From a bacterium (GTDB lineage: Bacteria; SZUA-182; DTGQ01; JAFGSM01), in assembly GCA_049472355.1 (NCBI GenBank), contig JBLIRP010000105.1:1-12452 (forward strand): 12,452 bases of DNA. Reading direction: 5' to 3'. The notes beneath the pieces were generated by a model. It was not told the DNA's origin, ran no database searches, and worked only from the letters and a program-made list of their open reading frames with translations. The position numbers were made by a program, and so were the translations under genes. This document shows positions 7,356 through 12,452 of this stretch, in pieces. The first letter of the stretch is position 1; the number at the start of each line of letters is the position of its first letter.

Positions 7356-8411
7356 TCAAAAGACCTCAGTCCACACGGCCTTGACCAGACTTCCTCCTTC
7401 CCAGGTAAATCCCGGGGAATGACTCAGGACCTTGGCGCCCCAGTTTATATCCGGGCCTGCTCCGGCGCAGTCTTCGAACGTGATTTCACTGTGGGCTATG
7501 ATGCTCCCGTCGATCCGGAAATCATCGGTTCTGATTACATTGACATGATCATCCGCATACAGGATGCCGGTTATGGCAAAATCATCGCAATCCGTTATGA
7601 ATATGTCATGTCGTGAATAGACCATGCCCCGGATATCGACGTTCCGGGTGTTCCCGTGATCCTCTTCGAACGTGATGTCCGAACCCGCCACCAGGGCGGG
7701 ATTGTCCCCAAAAGGATTGATGGTGATGTCGTTACACCCCTCGAACTTGATTTCACCTGTGGCCACCAGGGTGCCGTTGATGGTGATGTCGGAGCATTCC
7801 TCAAAAGTCACGTTCCCCCAGACAAAGATGATCCCCCAGTATGTCTTGTAGGATGCCTCGTCAACGTACCAGCCAGCGAATTTCATTGTAGCCGCATGAG
7901 CAGCGTAATAGCCGAAATCGCAACTGATGGTCGGAAAGATCTGCGTGTTGTTCGTCACAAAGGGGTCCTCAATGGAGAAGTTGGAGCAGTCTTCCATGGT
8001 CAAATCGTCTCTTGTGTAGAGGCTCTGCGGGAAATCCCGGTATCCTTCCGGCCATCCCCGGTGAAAGTCGCAGGCGACCTTGCGGGTGACATCGTCCACC
8101 GAGGCCACCACCCGTACCGTGGTACAGGTGGTGGTGGTGTTGGGATCGTAGTACAGGGAAATGGTGCCCCTATCGATGGGGATGTTCACGCGATCGGCAT
8201 TGTTCGACCAGTCGGGGTCGTCCTTCAGGTCGAACCTGATGCAGAACTCCATGGCCCCCTCGCACATATAGAGGGCCTGGGCCGAGCGCAATGAATCCAG
8301 GGCGATCTGGATATCCGAGGAAAAGAGGGATACGGAGAATAGGGTGAGCATGGACAGGATCAGGATCACGAACACCGCAGCGATGATGCCGAAGCCTTGT
8401 TGTTTTTTCAT
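7356..8411 (-). CDS. PilX/MshP-like minor pilin with C-terminal beta-solenoid repeat domain
   Basis: Class III signal MKKQQG|FGIIA with no Glu+5, as in PilX/GspK/MshP. SAQALYMCEGAME matches the PilX-N A.Y.AE.G motif. About 20-aa repeats such as ITINGTLVATGEIKFEGCND follow, and the protein ends in WTEVF. Confidence 0.8.
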   Translation of the reverse strand: MKKQQGFGIIAAVFVILILSMLTLFSVSLFSSDIQIALDSLRSAQALYMCEGAMEFCIRFDLKDDPDWSNNADRVNIPIDRGTISLYYDPNTTTTCTTVRVVASVDDVTRKVACDFHRGWPEGYRDFPQSLYTRDDLTMEDCSNFSIEDPFVTNNTQIFPTISCDFGYYAAHAATMKFAGWYVDEASYKTYWGIIFVWGNVTFEECSDITINGTLVATGEIKFEGCNDITINPFGDNPALVAGSDITFEEDHGNTRNVDIRGMVYSRHDIFITDCDDFAITGILYADDHVNVIRTDDFRIDGSIIAHSEITFEDCAGAGPDINWGAKVLSHSPGFTWEGGSLVKAVWTEVF

Positions 8412-8896
8412 GGGTTTCGTATCCTCGCTTCGGATTGATAGGAAAATGTCTGGCCGCCCTTTTGAAGACTGAGCCTGATGTTGACCCTTCGTATCTGTGA
8501 GGCACCTGCGGCCGGGTCCCCGTTGGGATCCAGGTAGGTAAACTGCAGCCCGTTTCCCGCCTGAAGATATCCGGCAAGGGGGTCGATGTTTCTTCTCAGG
8601 ACGGTGCCGTCAAGACGGAGGCGGATGGTCTGGTTATGGATATCCGTAAACTGGAAGTCCGTGGCGTTGAACGTGGTGATCGTAGAGGGGTCGGCCAGGC
8701 GAATCTCCCGCACCATCCGGTTCATTGCCACACGACTGTTGCAGAGCAGCTCCTTGCGCAGGGTGATCATATGCCAGGATTGTATGGTGGTGGTTATGAT
8801 GCTGGCCCCGACCCCGAACAATACGGCCATGACCACAATGGTGACCAGGATCTCGATCAGGGTGAATCCCTGTGTGCCGCTGTTATCGTATCGCAT
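8408..8896 (-). CDS. Minor pilin, PilW/MshO/GspJ-like
   Basis: Prepilin cleavage/methylation motif QG|FTLIEILVTIVVMAVL and AMNRMVREIRLA helix typical of this class. Overlaps both neighbours. Confidence 0.85.
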   Translation of the reverse strand: MRYDNSGTQGFTLIEILVTIVVMAVLFGVGASIITTTIQSWHMITLRKELLCNSRVAMNRMVREIRLADPSTITTFNATDFQFTDIHNQTIRLRLDGTVLRRNIDPLAGYLQAGNGLQFTYLDPNGDPAAGASQIRRVNIRLSLQKGGQTFSYQSEARIRNP

Positions 8897-9285
8897 CAGT
8901 AATCCGCCAGTAGCGTGGTGAGTCTGATCGGTTCGATGCAGGGATGGTCCACAATCACCTGCACGATCTTGTACGCGGTGGGTGCCCCTGCATCTGCGGT
9001 CAAATTCGGAGGGTTTACATAATACCAGACCACCTGGTAGTCGTAATCATCAAACGGGGCGGCAAACGCGGTCTGCACGATAGCGGGAATGGTTGCGAAT
9101 GCATGGGTGCCCAGGATCTCTTCCATCTTTCCCTCGCACAGGGCGGTTGCCACGCTCAGGCTTTCCCCGGCGGCGCTGTTTTCCAATACAGCGGTGTAGG
9201 ATGCGGACAGCACGAGAAAACCCACTGAGGCAATCAGTATAAAGATAACGGCCTCAATAATGGTAAATCCGTTTTTCCTTCTCAT
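8896..9285 (-). CDS. Minor pilin, PilV/MshD/GspI-like
   Basis: NG|FTIIEAVIFILI, ATALCEGKMEEI, YKIVQVIV and C-terminal LTTLLADY, all MshD-like features. Confidence 0.85.
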   Translation of the reverse strand: MRRKNGFTIIEAVIFILIASVGFLVLSASYTAVLENSAAGESLSVATALCEGKMEEILGTHAFATIPAIVQTAFAAPFDDYDYQVVWYYVNPPNLTADAGAPTAYKIVQVIVDHPCIEPIRLTTLLADY

Positions 9286-9776
9286 TGGACCCTAATGGCT
9301 CCTGTGTTGGGGGCAATCAAAACCGCCATGGATTCCCCCTGGGATTGAAGGTTCACTACACCGGCAAAGACAAAGGCATTCCCCCAGAAATTGTACGGCC
9401 TTCCCAGGGAATCGAACTCGACCCTGTTTCCGAAGTTGGTATTCAGCAGGTTCACCCCGGCATAGGCGCCTTCCGTCTGGTAGCTCACGATCATATCCCC
9501 CCTGGTACAGGGGTCCTTCGCCCTGGTGGCGACGGTATTTTCCCACACGAAGTAGCTCTCAGTCACAGGATTGAAGGAGATGCCGCACCGTATCTGTTTG
9601 CTTATGGCGAGTTGCTGGGCATATTGAATATCCGAGGCAAGCTTGTTGGCCACCCCGAACAACTTCACGGTGTAGTAGGAGGTGAGTCTCGGTATTGCGA
9701 TCAGGGTAAATACGAGCAGGATGGACAGGGTAATCATGATGTCCAGCATTGTAAATCCATTGTTTTTTTTGATCAT
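9282..9776 (-). CDS. Minor pilin, FimT/MshC/GspH-like
   Basis: NG|FTMLDIMITLSILLVFTLIAIP, LASDIQYAQQLAIS, VEFDSLGRP and terminal IAPNTGAIRV are GspH/FimT/MshC hallmarks. RBS-like GGGAAGGG upstream. Confidence 0.85.
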   Translation of the reverse strand: MIKKNNGFTMLDIMITLSILLVFTLIAIPRLTSYYTVKLFGVANKLASDIQYAQQLAISKQIRCGISFNPVTESYFVWENTVATRAKDPCTRGDMIVSYQTEGAYAGVNLLNTNFGNRVEFDSLGRPYNFWGNAFVFAGVVNLQSQGESMAVLIAPNTGAIRVQ

Positions 9777-9866
9777 ATCCCTTCCCTGTCTCCATGTTTG
9801 CTGGAAAGATCGCTATCATCCCTCGCCCTGTGCAGGGCCGATTCACTACCATCCCTGTGACGTCCC

Positions 9867-10250
9867 TCACGTAGGCGCTTCCAAGCCTTTCATGTCAAGA
9901 AAATCCGTGATGAGGTCGCTCACCTCCCTGAGCCTGAAGTTCTTGGACAGAAAGTGCACCGCCCCCTCGAGCTGGCACATCTCCTTCATCTCCGATTGCA
10001 CGGACACTATAATGACTGGAATATCCCATAGCTCGGAATTGGCCTTCAGCTCCCGTAATACGGCATACCCGTTTTTCTTGGGCATCATGATATCCAGGAA
10101 GATGAGATCCGGCCGGACCTCCAGGGCCTTTTTCAGGCCATCCTCACCATCCTCTGCAGTAACAACGCGAAATCCCAACATATCCAGATAGTCACTCAAT
10201 AAATCCCGGATGTCCTTCTGGTCATCAATGCACAGTATCGTTTTATTCAT
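9867..10250 (-). CDS. Single-domain response regulator receiver (CheY/PilH-like)
   Basis: ILCIDD, PDLIFLDIMMP (phosphoacceptor D53), IPVIIVS (S83) and FLSK (K103). No output domain. Confidence 0.93.
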   Translation of the reverse strand: MNKTILCIDDQKDIRDLLSDYLDMLGFRVVTAEDGEDGLKKALEVRPDLIFLDIMMPKKNGYAVLRELKANSELWDIPVIIVSVQSEMKEMCQLEGAVHFLSKNFRLREVSDLITDFLDMKGLEAPT

Positions 10251-10277
10251 GATATCACCGGTTCATGGGTTCATCAG

Positions 10278-10300
10278 CCATGGTCCCGCAGGGGCCATGG
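10278..10300. other. Intergenic GC-rich hairpin
   Basis: CCATGGTCCC-gca-GGGGCCATGG forms a 10-bp stem with one non-canonical pair, 27 nt upstream of the receiver start. No U-tract. Confidence 0.4.
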
Positions 10301-10399
10301 ATCCAAAAGCAATACGCCTACCCTCGGAACAATCCCATGCCGCCTTGTGGTGCCATTAATCCCGGAAATCCGTTTTTTAAACAAATCTATGTTCTTATT

Positions 10400-12452
10400 T
10401 TATATCGTCTTTTTGTCTTCCAAGAATCCGTCCCGCATACGGCGCCTTATTCCCACTACAAGAATGACCCCGACAGTGATGAAGGTGATGAGCGCACCTG
10501 CAATGACACTCAAGGGCCGATACACGAACACTATCGTGTGATCACCCGGGGACAACGGCACCGCGCGAAAGGCAAAATCGGCCCGGAATATCTCCCCCTT
10601 GTCCCCGTCGATATAGACATGCCAGCCGGGATAGTAGGTCTCACTCAGGAACACCATCTTCCGGCGGTGCAGGGAGGCGGATAATTCGATCCGGTTCGGC
10701 AGATACCGGCTGATGATCACCTTCTCTTCAGGGGCATACCCCTGAGAGACCTGCTCGGCCCCATCCGTTTCGTTCCTCCCGGACGGTGCTGTCCCCGAAA
10801 AGGGATCCCTGTCCAGAAGCACGAGTTTTCCGGGATCAAATTGCCTGCTCTGGAATACCTCCTTGTATTCCTGCTCTGAACGGAGCACTCGATAGTCTTC
10901 CACCAGAAAGGCCCTGGGAAGACACCGCAGATTTTTGTAGATCCGCAAAGCCCCTTCCGGGTTTCCTCTATCCCCGACACTCTCCACCGGTTCCAATGCA
11001 TCCCAATCCAGGGCGTGTTTGGATATGAGGTATTTGACATTCAACAAGGACAACAGGGGGATGCTCTTCATTGGTGGTGCATCGGCGATCAACGACCGGA
11101 TCTTCTCGTAATGCCCGAGACGGATGACCTCAGCGCCATGGATGCTGTAGATGCCATGCAACAGATTGAGACCGGGCGTGATCTTCTCCTTATCCACCTT
11201 GATGGGATCGGAAAATGTCTCGGAATGATCGATGGGCTCATCCTGTGTTGTGGGAAGGGTAACCACCCGGAAAAGTGAGGGATCCTCCTTAATGATCCGG
11301 GTCGTCTCCGAAGGTTCATGGTATTTCCCTGTTTCGTACTTCTTGTAGAATCCCAGGTTGGCGAAAAAGAGATCCAGCACCAATAGGCCTACCAGGGCAC
11401 AGGAAAATGCCCTTTTCCTGTGGCAGTATCGCCATCCAAACACCAGTATGGGTCCCAACAGGGAGCAAAAAAGGAGCAGTCGCTTGATATTGTGGATATT
11501 GATGAGGGGGAAATTATAAGCGGGTGGGATCATCCCGCGTGTTTCCATGAATGCCTGAACAGGGCCATGGTGAAAGCTCATGAGGCTCCATATACAGACG
11601 GTGCAGACACTCAGGAAAAGGGCCCCATGGATGATTGTCTGCGTGGTGTTGTTTCGATCCCTGATCTGGGCGCAGAGGCTGTCATAGCCCATGCCGGCCC
11701 CGACGGCGATGAAGAAGATGAAGATAAAGAGAAACTTGACCGGATATCGAATGGTATTGAAAAAGGGTACGTAGAGAAAGAGGAATCGATATACCGGTGT
11801 ATTCCCGCCGAATGCAAGGAGCAGGGAAATCTCCATGATCAGGATCAGGGAGAGGGCCTTCCTCCTTTTTTCGATCAGGAAAAAGGAAAACAGGAGAAAG
11901 GGGATGATGCCGAGATATATGGTCTTTAGCCAGCTCTGATTCTGCCAGTATTTCTCGGATGTATGGGTGTACCCGTAAAGGTCGGGCAGAAAGAACTGTG
12001 CCACATCCTTCAGATCCAGAGACCACGTGACCGCCTCCTTATAATGCAGGCCTTCGGCCCGGATCGAATGGAAGGCCATTTCAAGGAACGGGAGTAACTG
12101 GACCGCAGCCAGAAGCAAGAAGATACAGACGATGAGCATGAGCCCCGGGCCCCTTTTTTTCAGGGGAGGGGGCTCAATACCGGTGCCGAAGGGATCCGGA
12201 ATGATCGCAAGGATGAAAAGCAATAGAAAGGTCCCATACAGGATTTCAACGGCCCCGCCCAGGAACATCATGACCAGAAAGACCGCGGTGTATATCAGAT
12301 ACCTGGTGCGTCTCTTTTTGAGGTACTGGTGATATCCCCATAACACCAGAGGAAGCCAGATCACGGAGAGGAGATGAATGAGCAGATTGTGGACCGAAAG
12401 GAGATAGCCGCTCAACATAACGATCATTCCCCCGATGAGGGCGCCTGTGTCG
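10400..12452 (-). CDS. YfhO-family multi-pass membrane protein (putative GT-C glycosyltransferase), 5' end outside window
   Basis: The frame stays open to the right edge (DTGALIGGMIVMLSGY...). Motifs include LAAVQLLPFLE, IYLGIIP, VPFFNTIRYPVKF, LLNVKYLI, N..CLPRAFLV and LSETYYPGW...IDG....I.RADFAFRAV.L.PG.H.I.F.Y.P, with many TM segments. Confidence 0.88.
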   Translation of the reverse strand, partial: DTGALIGGMIVMLSGYLLSVHNLLIHLLSVIWLPLVLWGYHQYLKKRRTRYLIYTAVFLVMMFLGGAVEILYGTFLLLFILAIIPDPFGTGIEPPPLKKRGPGLMLIVCIFLLLAAVQLLPFLEMAFHSIRAEGLHYKEAVTWSLDLKDVAQFFLPDLYGYTHTSEKYWQNQSWLKTIYLGIIPFLLFSFFLIEKRRKALSLILIMEISLLLAFGGNTPVYRFLFLYVPFFNTIRYPVKFLFIFIFFIAVGAGMGYDSLCAQIRDRNNTTQTIIHGALFLSVCTVCIWSLMSFHHGPVQAFMETRGMIPPAYNFPLINIHNIKRLLLFCSLLGPILVFGWRYCHRKRAFSCALVGLLVLDLFFANLGFYKKYETGKYHEPSETTRIIKEDPSLFRVVTLPTTQDEPIDHSETFSDPIKVDKEKITPGLNLLHGIYSIHGAEVIRLGHYEKIRSLIADAPPMKSIPLLSLLNVKYLISKHALDWDALEPVESVGDRGNPEGALRIYKNLRCLPRAFLVEDYRVLRSEQEYKEVFQSRQFDPGKLVLLDRDPFSGTAPSGRNETDGAEQVSQGYAPEEKVIISRYLPNRIELSASLHRRKMVFLSETYYPGWHVYIDGDKGEIFRADFAFRAVPLSPGDHTIVFVYRPLSVIAGALITFITVGVILVVGIRRRMRDGFLEDKKTI

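Noticed and set aside
10330..10360. Sigma-54 promoter (TGGCAC on minus strand) upstream of the receiver gene
   Set aside because: No TTGC -12 element at the required spacing.
2431..12332. Numerous plus-strand and off-frame ORFs within the pilus/YfhO cluster
   Set aside because: They overlap well-supported minus-strand genes and show no independent protein features.
1..12452. CRISPR array, tRNA/rRNA, integrase/transposase, DGR template-variable repeat pair
   Set aside because: No regularly spaced direct repeats, RNA-gene signatures, recombinase/RT ORFs or long near-identical repeat pairs were seen by eye.

Overview
Bacterial chromosomal window of moderate GC; the gene style suggests Desulfobacterota/deltaproteobacteria, which is inference only. 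The right ~10 kb is one minus-strand cluster. In transcription order it holds a YfhO-family GT-C membrane protein (5' end outside the window), a stand-alone CheY/PilH-like receiver, four translationally coupled prepilin-like genes, a PilM-PilN fusion, PilO/MshJ, an MshK-like protein and an MshL-type secretin. The last prepilin is PilX/MshP-like and carries an acidic beta-solenoid. Together this is an MSHA-like type IV filament module with no ATPase, platform, obvious major pilin or PilY1/MshQ in the window. The left 2.5 kb looks like a rearranged accessory patch. It contains the 5' end of adenine deaminase (minus strand, missing from the ORF track), a ~107-bp MITE-like element with perfect terminal inverted repeats, and an orphan exported 294-aa Cys/Thr/Gly-rich protein with 14 T-x-x-x-C repeats, the best novelty candidate. 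It ends in a collapsed relic operon: rtcB 3' end, then archease 5' half fused in frame to a uracil-DNA-glycosylase-like 3' half.
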